Counted from the stretch's first letter, positions 8,653 through 17,856 are shown. The stretch is DNA of 64,000 nt from Candidatus Lustribacter sp. (GCA_965277805.1 OZ255842.1:5088001-5152000), one strand, 5' to 3'. Numbers and translations are program-made. The notes: generated by a model from the letters alone, not told the origin.

Positions 8653-9598
8653 AGCTGGAACGGTTAATCTCATCGTCGCTTGGCGCAAAGGTAAGGGCTA
8701 TGACTTCGGGTCAGTCATGACTGCTGATGAAGTAAGCGAAGATTTCCGCCATTTACTTAATGTCACGGAAATGCGCCTTCGTCAATTGACCGAAGTCGAA
8801 TACTCACTTGAAGGCGACGTAGAGACCGACGAATATATGGTCGCTCCTCTGGAGGCTCCGGAGGTCGATGACGATGAATCGCGTCCTCGTCGCGGGCGCC
8901 GAGCTACGTCAATAAGCTCAGCGGACCCCGTCGCTTTCCGCAACGCCATAGTTGCGCTAGGCGGTATGCAAGAGGTGGGTGCGAAGGATCTTCGCGCCAA
9001 GCAGATCGTCTTTTACGCTATTGTCCGAGGAGTTGATGAAGAAGATCGTACAGCGTACCTTCGTCATCTTAACCCGATGAAGCTGGCTAAGCCCGGCGTC
9101 CGATTCTTAGAATTCGGCGATACCCTTTCGCGACTCGAGTCGCCAGTTTTCGTTATGGATGACAAATTTGACCTGATCATCCGACCTGAAGAAATTGCCA
9201 TTCTAGACGCCACCTTCTTCCTAAACCTCTTCTACAGCGTTAGCGGCATTGACGAACGACTTGACAGCATGGTCGAGGAAGCGTTAGCGAATCTTCCAAT
9301 TGACGAGGATACGGAGGTGATGCTCGTCGATCTTTGCCGCGGACGAAAGCGTTATCAAAGTAAGCTTGCAAAGATTGTCGCCAGCGGACATATGGGGAAC
9401 GTCAATATGAAAAGCTTCCGAGCAGCTCTTCGGCAACATAAACTGCCAGTGCGGCGCTTCATTCGCGACGGATCAATTCATGCTGGTAAAAACGATGGTG
9501 AGTTATTGCTTGCTATCCTGAACCAAGATTTGTTCAAGGGCTGTCTAACAGGTGAACCTTACGCCGCAGGTAGCAAGCGAAAAATGAACGTTGCTTAG
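8615..9598 (+). CDS. kwaB: Kiwa anti-phage system KwaB-like (DUF4868)
   Basis: LESPVFVMDDKFDLII and C-terminal LL.ILNQD.....LTGE.Y.A.SK pattern; start uncertain. Confidence 0.75.
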   Translation: MRQKVRKSPQAREAGTVNLIVAWRKGKGYDFGSVMTADEVSEDFRHLLNVTEMRLRQLTEVEYSLEGDVETDEYMVAPLEAPEVDDDESRPRRGRRATSISSADPVAFRNAIVALGGMQEVGAKDLRAKQIVFYAIVRGVDEEDRTAYLRHLNPMKLAKPGVRFLEFGDTLSRLESPVFVMDDKFDLIIRPEEIAILDATFFLNLFYSVSGIDERLDSMVEEALANLPIDEDTEVMLVDLCRGRKRYQSKLAKIVASGHMGNVNMKSFRAALRQHKLPVRRFIRDGSIHAGKNDGELLLAILNQDLFKGCLTGEPYAAGSKRKMNVA

Positions 9599-9607
9599 GC
9601 CGCTAAG

Positions 9608-10465
9608 TCACGGAATATTCAGTAATCGTTTCAGCACCAGCCCTGGCATCTCGTCGTCGGTCCGGAATTGCGTGGTCATACGGTTCGGGACGCCAATGTG
9701 TAGGCCGTCCCTGAAGGCGTCGACCGACGTGATGCTTGCCAATGAAATCGAAATATTACGACGGCTTCCAACAAAGACAACGCGTCGGTCGCCGATCGCG
9801 AGTGTCCCATGGTCGTCCGCCTGCAGAACGTGTTCTGTCACGGATCGTCCACGGTTCTGGCCAACCCGAAAGCGGATGCCGCGCGCGACTGGAATCGAGA
9901 AGCCTGCTGAACCGCCGGCGTACCGCCGCACGGCCTTTTCCTCAAAGTACGTCGCGGGCACTTGAATATGAAACTGCTCTCCTGGTTGCGTTGCAACGCC
10001 GATCGGGCGAACGAGAGGAAGCGGACCCGAGAGTAGCGCGATTCGCCGTTGATTCATGAGCCACTGCATCAATGAGTCGAGATATTGCCAAGTCGCGGAC
10101 CCGAGGTTCCCCGTGAGAGTCGTTCCGAATGAGCATTTCCACGATGAGAATAATGGGATCTTCTCGTTCATCGTGTCGGCGGTGATAACTGCGATGAAGG
10201 TTGTCTGCGGCCAGCCTCGCCTTTCGAATCGAACGATCTCGTCGATGCGGAAGAAGCGACCGTAAGCTTTGCCATGTTGTCCTCGATTCGCGCCTTTCAG
10301 GATAATAATGCGCGTGGACGTCAAGACCATTGCTTCGGCCGGCGCGGCTTGCACTTTCATGAGCACTGACTCACCGGCAACCAAAGTCTTCTGCAGCATT
10401 GCTTCCAGTTCGGGTTCAAGCGTGGAGAATGGCGGAGGCGACGCCGAAAGTCCAGAAAGGTGCAT
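9608..10465 (-). CDS. Protein with two bacterial PH-like domains
   Basis: L..GE.V....A....LT..RIII (bPH-like) and GTL.I.DRRVVFVG..RNI.I.L..I; 5 bp after the kinase stop. Confidence 0.6.
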   Translation of the reverse strand: MHLSGLSASPPPFSTLEPELEAMLQKTLVAGESVLMKVQAAPAEAMVLTSTRIIILKGANRGQHGKAYGRFFRIDEIVRFERRGWPQTTFIAVITADTMNEKIPLFSSWKCSFGTTLTGNLGSATWQYLDSLMQWLMNQRRIALLSGPLPLVRPIGVATQPGEQFHIQVPATYFEEKAVRRYAGGSAGFSIPVARGIRFRVGQNRGRSVTEHVLQADDHGTLAIGDRRVVFVGSRRNISISLASITSVDAFRDGLHIGVPNRMTTQFRTDDEMPGLVLKRLLNIP

Positions 10466-10470
10466 CGCGT

Positions 10471-12429
10471 TCAGCGGAACAACAGGCGCGGGAACGGCCG
10501 CATATCTGCGCGCGCCTGGTCGAGCAACTTGCGTTGCTGAATTGCGGCCGCACGCGCTGCCGGCGCTTGCGATTCAGCACGAAGCGCAATCTGCTTGAGT
10601 CCTTCGGGACCAGCGCGAAACGAATTACGCGCCTGCGTTCGCTGTTGCGCAAACCGCAACTTAACATCGCGCACCTGTCCTTCGATCATATTAGGTTCGA
10701 AGCGGAATCGGCGGGCTACGCCTTCGCGCCAGGCGAAGAGCCCTAGCGCCTTCTGGCCTCCGATACCATTAACGCTGTAAACACGTTGGTCAATGTCTAG
10801 GGCAGTCTCGATGTTCCAGGCAGTTAGCCGCGCAGTGAGTGCTGGGCCAATCCCTTTGATCTTTGCGTCTTTAATGAAGTGGGCATCAAGATGGTCACGT
10901 CTCGCCTTCTCTTCACCGGTCTTGTTAATTTGCGCTAATTCACGATCGTATGCCGCCCGTTGGTCCAGGAGCGTGCGGCGCAACGTCTCCAGCCGATTGC
11001 GGTACGTGACAAAGTCCCGGCCTTCACAAATTGTCCTCAACGCAAGATCAGCATCATTATTCGCCTGCTGCGCCTCGGCTAATCGCTGGCGACGGCCGGC
11101 GAGCTCGGCGCCGCCTCCAGAGCGTCCGAAGAACCATACGGCTAAAAATGTTCCGATCGCGTAGAATTCGTAGGTTCGGACCTTTGGAATCAACGCAACG
11201 ACAACGGTGAGGAACGCGAGTGTTGCCAACACACCGATGAAAATACGCGTCCGCTTACGTAGAGTAGCGCCCATGGGCGCGGGCGTTGTCGATTCGGCCG
11301 CCGGCGGAACGTACGGCACGTTCGGTGGCAGAACTTTGGAGATTTCGGACCACACGCGCTCGACTTCTGCGTCGGGAAACGTTGCCCAGATGGAGTCGTC
11401 GACCGTCCCGGTTGGTGAAATGAGCGTTGGGGCCGCGAAGTATATAATCTGCGATTGCAGTTCGATGGCGCACCAGGGGCACGACATTCCCTTGAGATGC
11501 CGGTGCGCCGGAGTGACCGTGCATGCAACGATGCTACGCTCAAGTTCCGTTAAGGCTGACCGCCATTCACTTGCGCTGGGGCGCTCGTGCGCTTGCCCAC
11601 GGAACGCGCGCTCGAACAACTTTGCAACTGCTGGCGTGACGGCTGCCAGCGTTAGCGACGCGGGCGGCGGTTTGAGACCAGCACGCGCTGCGCGGTCGTC
11701 GTAGAAGTAGTTGCCGCTAGCAATGTGCTCCCCGATGTTGGTCGGGTCGTTTGCACCTGGATTTGGCAGGCGGCCCATGAATGGGTGCTTCCCAACGAAC
11801 AGCAGCTGAAAGATCATTACTGCCATCCCGAAAGCATCGCTCGAAACCTGGCGATCCACGCTCCCGAAGGCCACACTTTGGAGTTCTGGGGGTTGATATT
11901 CCGGAACTCCGACCTCGCACCGGAAGACGCGGTTCGACGCACGAATCTGGAAGCTGTCGCAGTCGATAAACAGAACGCGCGCGTCGTCTTGGACGACTAC
12001 ATTGTTCGAGTTTACGTCGCCAACAATTATACCGCGGGCATGTAGCCCTTCGAATGCCGCAGCGAGGTTCCCCGCGGCATGCACGAGCATCTGCCAATTA
12101 GCGTTCGGGAAGGCCTTCAGGCGACTCTTTGCGCCGAGCATCTCGTGTAGCTGCTTTTGACTGGCGAGTTTCGGCATCTCGAAGCCAACCGGGACATTGC
12201 CGGCGTCGCACACGACGCGTATCGGCCACGCTGCAGCGCTAAGAAGAGTTGAGTCAGCGATGCCGGTCATTGCGCGGAGTTTTTCGGTTTTCAGCGGCGC
12301 AAGCGGTTTGAGGTAAATCTTGACGGCGCGGTTTGCGGCGGTCGGTGATGCCCAAACTGAACCCTCGCCTCCTTCGCCGAGTTTGGTGCGAAGCTCGATG
12401 ACAGTGCCGTTCGCGTCGAGAACCTTCAT
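10471..12429 (-). CDS. yegI: YegI-like Ser/Thr kinase with TM segment and C-terminal helix-hairpin-helix (TerY-P triad)
   Basis: GEGGEG, AVKIY, GDVNSNN, IDCDSF, YQPPE; TM pair; HhH motifs IKGIG/VNGIG; ATGA overlap with PP2C. Confidence 0.85.
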   Translation of the reverse strand: MKVLDANGTVIELRTKLGEGGEGSVWASPTAANRAVKIYLKPLAPLKTEKLRAMTGIADSTLLSAAAWPIRVVCDAGNVPVGFEMPKLASQKQLHEMLGAKSRLKAFPNANWQMLVHAAGNLAAAFEGLHARGIIVGDVNSNNVVVQDDARVLFIDCDSFQIRASNRVFRCEVGVPEYQPPELQSVAFGSVDRQVSSDAFGMAVMIFQLLFVGKHPFMGRLPNPGANDPTNIGEHIASGNYFYDDRAARAGLKPPPASLTLAAVTPAVAKLFERAFRGQAHERPSASEWRSALTELERSIVACTVTPAHRHLKGMSCPWCAIELQSQIIYFAAPTLISPTGTVDDSIWATFPDAEVERVWSEISKVLPPNVPYVPPAAESTTPAPMGATLRKRTRIFIGVLATLAFLTVVVALIPKVRTYEFYAIGTFLAVWFFGRSGGGAELAGRRQRLAEAQQANNDADLALRTICEGRDFVTYRNRLETLRRTLLDQRAAYDRELAQINKTGEEKARRDHLDAHFIKDAKIKGIGPALTARLTAWNIETALDIDQRVYSVNGIGGQKALGLFAWREGVARRFRFEPNMIEGQVRDVKLRFAQQRTQARNSFRAGPEGLKQIALRAESQAPAARAAAIQQRKLLDQARADMRPFPRLLFR

Positions 12430-13184
12430 GCGCTTTCCACCCGGCACGCAACAATGATTGACTTATCGTCGTCCGTCTTTGCGTTTATGCGATCGGATGA
12501 GAGGAACTCGACGAGCTGCTCCTTCGTCGCGGCGGGCGATTCAGAGCCGCGAACCGTACCGACGAGCGGGTGGAAAAATCCCGGATGTGCAGACTTTTCT
12601 GCTTCGTTTAGGGCGATGCGTTGAAGACCATCTGAGAACATGACAAAGTCGGTCACCGGACCAAACTTCGCGAGGTGTAACCGGGTGTGTGAGTCGTCCT
12701 GCGTAACAAAGAAAGTCTGATTCGCGTACTCGCCGCTGTCGGGCCAGATGGGTACCTTGAGCTCGGCTTCGTCCTTCACAATAATGGCGCCGTCGCCGAT
12801 CTGCCCGCAAATCGTCGCAGAGTCGCAGGCGATGACATACAACAACGTGCACGCATAGTCTCGAGGATCTTCGCCTTCTACCTCTGCGCGATTTCTTACG
12901 CGCTCACGAATTTGGTTGACCCACTTACGCATCTCGTCAGGTGTAAGCGCCGATGAGCCGCGTAGAGAAACAAAAGACGCGGCGATGGAACGCAGGGCGT
13001 CGGAGACTATTTCCGCACCGGCATCGGAAAACTTCGAACTGCCCGCACCGTCGCAGATCACACCGATGGCAGCCTCGCCGCCGTCAGCATCATCTACAAT
13101 ACGATACGCCTCGCGATCTTGGCACGGCAGGCCGTTCGCTACGTGCGATGTGCCGGTCGCCCGCGCGTTTATGACCTGCCACAC
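12426..13184 (-). CDS. yegK: YegK-like PP2C Ser/Thr phosphatase (TerY-P triad)
   Basis: G.SH....PCQD, CDGAGS, GDG, GEYANQT.F, SDG, DDKS. Confidence 0.9.
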   Translation of the reverse strand: MWQVINARATGTSHVANGLPCQDREAYRIVDDADGGEAAIGVICDGAGSSKFSDAGAEIVSDALRSIAASFVSLRGSSALTPDEMRKWVNQIRERVRNRAEVEGEDPRDYACTLLYVIACDSATICGQIGDGAIIVKDEAELKVPIWPDSGEYANQTFFVTQDDSHTRLHLAKFGPVTDFVMFSDGLQRIALNEAEKSAHPGFFHPLVGTVRGSESPAATKEQLVEFLSSDRINAKTDDDKSIIVACRVESA

Positions 13185-13185
13185 T

Positions 13186-13941
13186 TTAGGTGGCGGCGGT
13201 GATCCAGCCGGTCGGCGCGGGCAGCGCCGCCGTCGTTCCAGGCGCGCTCCGTGACACGCTGCTCATCGACTTCGAAAGCCAAGAGAAGAGCTCGCGAAAA
13301 CGTAGGCCGTCCAACTTTGCAGCCGGCCGTTCCGCGGGGCAGATTGCGTTGAGCCTGCCGAAATCGACGTTTGGACCCGCACCGACGCCATAGAACGAGA
13401 ACGCCTTCGCCGCTTCGCCCGCATGGACGAGTTGACTCGCATTGAGTACCGAGTCAGTTGGACTGCCGTCGGTAATGAGGAAGACCCACGGACGGTAATA
13501 GGCCACACCATTGTCCTTATACATGCGCTTTCGAGCATCAAGAAGGCGTAAGCCCTCTTCGATTGCCGCACCCATTGATGTCATACCATCGGCCTGTAGA
13601 TACGGCGGCTCGAATGTCTGAGCGCCAACAAACTCCTGTACCGTGGTCGGCGTTGAGCCGAACGTAACAATGGCAACTTCGACGCGTTTCGCAGCTAGTG
13701 GATCGGCCGTTAGTTCATCCTTGAACGTTCGCACTCCAGCGTTCAGCTCGGCGATCGGCGAGCCGTTCATCGAGGCCGATGTGTCCAATAGCAACACGCA
13801 CGGAACTCTCGGTTCGGGATTTTCCGCGAATTCAATGGCAGCAAAGCCGTCGGTGACCGCGGGTAAATGCTCGACGTAGGGAGTCTGGAAACCCGAATCC
13901 TGATTCACCCTTAGTCCTTTTGTTTGGGATGCGGCGTTCAC
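13186..13941 (-). CDS. yegL: TerY/YegL vWA domain protein (TerY-P triad)
   Basis: EFAENPEPR.PCVLLLDTSASM (MIDAS), YYRPWVFLITDG.PTD, F.WLS.S. Confidence 0.9.
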   Translation of the reverse strand: MNAASQTKGLRVNQDSGFQTPYVEHLPAVTDGFAAIEFAENPEPRVPCVLLLDTSASMNGSPIAELNAGVRTFKDELTADPLAAKRVEVAIVTFGSTPTTVQEFVGAQTFEPPYLQADGMTSMGAAIEEGLRLLDARKRMYKDNGVAYYRPWVFLITDGSPTDSVLNASQLVHAGEAAKAFSFYGVGAGPNVDFGRLNAICPAERPAAKLDGLRFRELFSWLSKSMSSVSRSAPGTTAALPAPTGWITAAT

Positions 13942-14226
13942 CGCAGTGGTGCGAAAGAAGTTGACTCGCCGAACGGAAATTGACGCTCATCGAGAACGGA
14001 TGCCTAGACTTTAACGCGGCGCCCACAGTCCCCGCCCGGAGGGACCCGCCCCGAGGACCGCGCTAACTGTGGCTTTTGGCTCGCCAAGCAAGATTGAATT
14101 ACTAAGCAAAGTAAGCTTAAGAACGTTGTGGCGGAAGGGAGTGCTTCGCTCGCTTGTGCTGCTTGAGGCCGTAGGGCGGTGGTTGTGGCGCCCACGAAAG
14201 ACGCGACGCGAGGAGTGTGATACATT

Positions 14227-14778
14227 GTGGGCTGGCGTTTTCGCAAAGCTTTTCGGGTTCGTGGTGGCAGCGCGCGACCACGAGCGCTCGTCACCGCGAA
14301 GTTACACTTGGCCGCCTGGACCGTGGTTGCGCTGATGCTGTGCCCTCGTTGGTTCGCAGTTGCTGCAGAAAGCGCAATGCCAAATCGCCTCCTAACGCCG
14401 GGAGCGACGCTATCCGTAAGCGCTAACGACATTTGTTTTCGCGGGTACTCGCGCCTGGTTCGCAATGTCCCGAGCCCGTTTAGGCGGGAGATCTACAATG
14501 AGTACCATGTCGAAAACTTGCCAGGGAAACACGAACTCGAGCATCTCATTCCCCTCGAACTGGGTGGCTCGAACGACCGCCGGAACTTATGGCCGGAGCC
14601 ATACCACATTACTTGGAACGCGCACGTCAAAGACGTCCTCGAACGTAAGCTTCATACTCGTGTCTGTGCACGCAAACTGAGTCTGAGAGAAGCGCAGCGG
14701 GCCATAGCGACCGATTGGATCGCGGCCTATCGGCACTTTGTGGGTCATCCACCAACAACCAAGTATCAGACGCAATGA
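14227..14778 (+). CDS. Exported HNH-like endonuclease family protein
   Basis: LTPGA, ELEHLIPLELGGSN..NLWPE, KD.LE..LH..VC, AQ.AIA.DW; hydrophobic N-terminal segment. Confidence 0.7.
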   Translation: MGWRFRKAFRVRGGSARPRALVTAKLHLAAWTVVALMLCPRWFAVAAESAMPNRLLTPGATLSVSANDICFRGYSRLVRNVPSPFRREIYNEYHVENLPGKHELEHLIPLELGGSNDRRNLWPEPYHITWNAHVKDVLERKLHTRVCARKLSLREAQRAIATDWIAAYRHFVGHPPTTKYQTQ

Positions 14779-14974
14779 TAAAAAATCAGAAGGTCTCGGA
14801 AGTTCTCCATGGTCGCGAACTTGTGACCGTGACGTCGGAAGCTGGCCTGCAACGGTGGCGTTTGGAGCTGGCTCGGCGATGACTGTTCTAATGGATGCAG
14901 CTCCTCCCTCACTGTCGCCGGGCTTCACAAGTACGGTATGCCAGAGTGGTCGCTCGTCCGAGTACGCCCGCTAG
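14775..14974 (+). pseudogene. Probable small frameshifted gene coupled to the HNH gene
   Basis: ATGA overlap; MIKNQKVSEVLHGRELVTV... continues in another frame after the TTT at ~14861. Confidence 0.3.
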
Positions 14975-14987
14975 AGGCGCAATCAAC

Positions 14988-15677
14988 GTGCAAACCAGAG
15001 TGCGAATCCAACAGTTCATCGAAGGCGACAACCTAGCGTTCGACGTCATTACGCTATTGCTATCATACGCCTTCATCCTGCTTGCTGCATGGAACGATAG
15101 CCTACTCGGGCTTCCGCCTAACGCATTCACCTGGGCTGCGGAATTTGCTCTTGCAGCGGGACTCGCGTGCGAAATCAGTCTGCGCCTAATCTTCGCGCAG
15201 AAGCGTCACTGGTACTTTTATCCGCTGGTCGTCGTCGACGCAGTCGCTGTACTAACGGTTATCCCTGGGTTAGTGTACATCACATTTGCTCGCGTCGTCC
15301 GGTTGCTGGTAAGCGGCGGACGCATGCTCAAAATCATCGATAGAATATCGCGATCGCGTGGAAACCCGTATCTTATTTTGTTGGTATACCCATTCATTGT
15401 GCCAAGCGTTGCTGCCCTGTTTTACGTTTGCGAGCGAGAAGCGGCAAATGCTCAAGTGCACAACTATTTCCAGTCGCTGATCCTTATGATGTCCTATTCT
15501 GCAACAGTGGGGCTGGCTTCAAATCATCCGGTGACATACATTGGAAAGCTCATATGTGGACTGATGCTATTGCTCGGACTGATGTGTGTGTCGATTATTG
15601 GGAATGCCCTAACCGATCGGTATACGGTACTTCGGTCAACAAGCTTTGATGCCAAGAAACACGACTCGTCTGCGTGA
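14988..15677 (+). CDS. Voltage-gated K+-channel-like ion transport protein with atypical filter
   Basis: ~6 TM, S4-like FARVVRLL..GRMLK, pore helix then ATVGLASNHPVT..GK. Confidence 0.75.
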   Translation: MQTRVRIQQFIEGDNLAFDVITLLLSYAFILLAAWNDSLLGLPPNAFTWAAEFALAAGLACEISLRLIFAQKRHWYFYPLVVVDAVAVLTVIPGLVYITFARVVRLLVSGGRMLKIIDRISRSRGNPYLILLVYPFIVPSVAALFYVCEREAANAQVHNYFQSLILMMSYSATVGLASNHPVTYIGKLICGLMLLLGLMCVSIIGNALTDRYTVLRSTSFDAKKHDSSA

Positions 15678-15930
15678 GCAGCTTGCTAGGACGACTACGG
15701 GTGGGCTCGCTAAGTGTCCGGAGGTAGGTTATTGCCTCCGGTGCGCTTGCCGCTTAGCTCGGCTCTATTCACGCCGGGACAGCCGCCAAGGAGTAGACCC
15801 GGCTCCAATTAACCAATAAACCAAGGAAGCGTTTGGATGCGACTAGGACCGGCGATCGGCCCATAGGCATTGCGCTCAGGCTCTGCGCTCACCGGACCTC
15901 TAGACGCGTTAACGGACCACGGGTAGTTTC

Positions 15931-16287
15931 ATGATAGTGCTCTGGACGATACTTGCCGCGCTGCTCATTCTGCTGCTGATCCAAGTTGCGTTGCCGATAC
16001 TAGGCTTCTTCATCATCATGCCGTTCATCATGATCGGCCGCGCCGTAAAACCGCTGAAGATTCCGATGTGGTTCATCGGGCGTTATGGTTCACTCGCAAT
16101 CGAGGCATGGCTCGTGGTGTGGTTGACGCTCATAATTGCGGAACACTTCGATGTCTGGCTCGTCGGGCTGTTCATCGAAGAAGCGCTCTTCTTGTTTTGG
16201 ACATTCAACACGCTCTACGTCTTCGATCTCAGACTATTTCAGACACAGAGCGGCGTCTGGGCAGCCGACCTGGAGCCTGCCGGATGA
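15931..16287 (+). CDS. Hypothetical membrane protein
   Basis: Three hydrophobic segments; ATGA-coupled to the next gene. Confidence 0.55.
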   Translation: MIVLWTILAALLILLLIQVALPILGFFIIMPFIMIGRAVKPLKIPMWFIGRYGSLAIEAWLVVWLTLIIAEHFDVWLVGLFIEEALFLFWTFNTLYVFDLRLFQTQSGVWAADLEPAG

Positions 16288-16733
16288 ATGTCGTCCTTCA
16301 GTACGTGGTCGCTGTCGTTTGCACGCTAATCGCCCACTTCTTTCAAACCTGGTTCTCAAACGTGGCCTCCGCATTTGGCTTGATGATGAGCGAGGGCGTT
16401 CGACGATCTGTAGCGCGCCACACTCCGACGTCGGGTGTGGTCAGCGAAGGCTATCAAAAAGGGTTGTTGCGATCCCAACTCTTTGGTGCGTTGGCGAGCG
16501 GTATCATCGCCATTATTGCGGCTGCAGTGCTCGGAGCATTGATCGCGTACTGGACGCCGTCGGCGAGCTGGATACCGGGGCTCTGGTTTCTGGCCATTGC
16601 GTTCTATTCTCTTGGGTTGTTGCGCATTTCGATTTGGCTGTTTATTAAATCGTTCTTTGTTTCAGTCGGCTCGCTTCAGACCTCAATGCTGGATTGGCAA
16701 GTGAAGAACGGACTCGTGGAGCGTTCGCCGTGA
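16284..16733 (+). CDS. Hypothetical membrane protein
   Basis: ATG overlapping previous stop; hydrophobic segments. Confidence 0.55.
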   Translation: MNVVLQYVVAVVCTLIAHFFQTWFSNVASAFGLMMSEGVRRSVARHTPTSGVVSEGYQKGLLRSQLFGALASGIIAIIAAAVLGALIAYWTPSASWIPGLWFLAIAFYSLGLLRISIWLFIKSFFVSVGSLQTSMLDWQVKNGLVERSP

Positions 16734-16924
16734 GGTCGATACGTTGAAACGCCATGAAAATTTGACGATGCCGTCCAATCTCGGCGCGCCCATCGAACGG
16801 AGCTACGCGCACGTGTGTCTGGACGGCCCCTACCCGATCCTGGTTCCGGCCGACACATTCGCGAGATGACCATCGCGCTGCGTTGCTTGAGTCGCGTGGT
16901 GCTCCACCCCGTCCCCGGCACCTG

Positions 16925-17263
16925 ATGCAGCCGCTTTTGCGCCGGCACGAGTTCGCCGCCGCTGCATGCGCCACGTTCGCCGCGGTCGTGGCGTATGAGG
17001 CGCATTTTCGCTGGCCCTACCACACCTACGACACATTCCGGTGGCTGATCGCGCTCGCCGCCATCGCGACGGCCTACCTCCTACGTACGCGTCCGATCGC
17101 ACTGACTGCGTGCGTCGTGATTGCGGTACTTTTCAATCCGATCGCACCGCTGCGGATGCGCGCCTACCAGTGGCAACGATACGATACGTTGGCGATGGTC
17201 GTGATGGCCACCGTCGCGGTATACGCCTTCAGCCTCGCACGTAGTTTAGGCGTGAGGCGCTGA
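16925..17263 (+). CDS. DUF6804-like small membrane protein
   Basis: WPY..Y..FRW, AVLFNPIAP..M....W..YD pattern. Confidence 0.65.
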   Translation: MQPLLRRHEFAAAACATFAAVVAYEAHFRWPYHTYDTFRWLIALAAIATAYLLRTRPIALTACVVIAVLFNPIAPLRMRAYQWQRYDTLAMVVMATVAVYAFSLARSLGVRR

Positions 17264-17397
17264 TGGTGCGGCGTGCTTTGTTTGGCTTAGCCATCGGCGC
17301 GTTCATGCTCGCACTGGCCGCGATCGCCGCTGTGCTCGGCCCCGTGCTCTCGCGGCACTACGGTCCGCCGTTACCGCTTGCACAACAGACGGTCACC

Positions 17398-17790
17398 CGG
17401 CGCACCCTCGAGCTCCCCAAGTTAGCGCGTGAAGCGCTTCAGCTTTATGGGAGTCCCGCACGGGTGAAGAGACGAGCTCGATGGTTTTTCGCGACGGCGA
17501 CGGCAACCCAATGCGTAAGAGCAACTTCATTCGGCGCGATTTCAAGCCGCTCTTACCCGAGCCCGCCTACCCGATGTGAACTCCACTCGCTGCGCCACTC
17601 AATCGAATTCATTCTTGATCGAAGAGGGTGCCGACCCCGTGCTCGTCGCGAAACGCAATGGCCACTCTAGCACGCGCATGGTACTCGATCGATATGGTCA
17701 CCTATTCGAGGGCCATCGTCGACAGGCGGCTGAGACGATGGATCGTGTCTTCGCGAAGGCCAGCATTGGTCGTCAAATGGTCGTCAAAGC
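17398..17790 (+). pseudogene. Tyrosine recombinase/integrase C-terminal remnant (multiple frameshifts, N-terminus lost)
   Basis: RRTLELPKLAREAL; DGNPMRKSNFIRRDFKPLL; HSLRH; NGHSSTRMVLDRYGHL spread across different frames. Confidence 0.85.
17767..17788. repeat. Direct repeat TGGTCGTCAAA x2, candidate integrase arm-type sites
   Basis: Exact 11-bp tandem repeat ~70 bp from the tRNA 3' end. Confidence 0.6.
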
Positions 17791-17807
17791 GGCGGACGAT
17801 GGCGGGC

Positions 17808-17848
17808 AAAAGAAAACGCCGATCCCAAAAAAGCTTTTAGAATCGGCG
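17808..17848 (-). terminator. Intrinsic terminator downstream of tRNA-Ala
   Basis: CGCCGAT...ATCGGCG stem followed by TTTTCTTTT on the minus strand. Confidence 0.7.
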
Positions 17849-17856
17849 CTAAAACG

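Larger units (their letters stand above)
1..17856. mobile_element. tRNA-Ala-integrated genomic (defence) island, left end outside window
   Basis: Abrupt compositional shift (more A/T, unusual codons) left of the tRNA; integrase remnant adjacent to tRNA 3' end; defence and hypothetical gene content. Confidence 0.85.

Noticed and set aside
14035-14073. TCCTCG on the minus strand suggesting an HDV-like ribozyme
   Set aside because: Could not build the P1/P3/P1.1 nested pseudoknot around it
14227-14265. MGWRFRKAFRV start resembling DUF4236
   Set aside because: Similarity ends after ~11 residues; too short to call a domain
15709-15760. Hairpin CCGGAGGTA/TGCCTCCGG after the channel gene
   Set aside because: No U-tract and no recognisable RNA family; not enough to call a terminator or ncRNA
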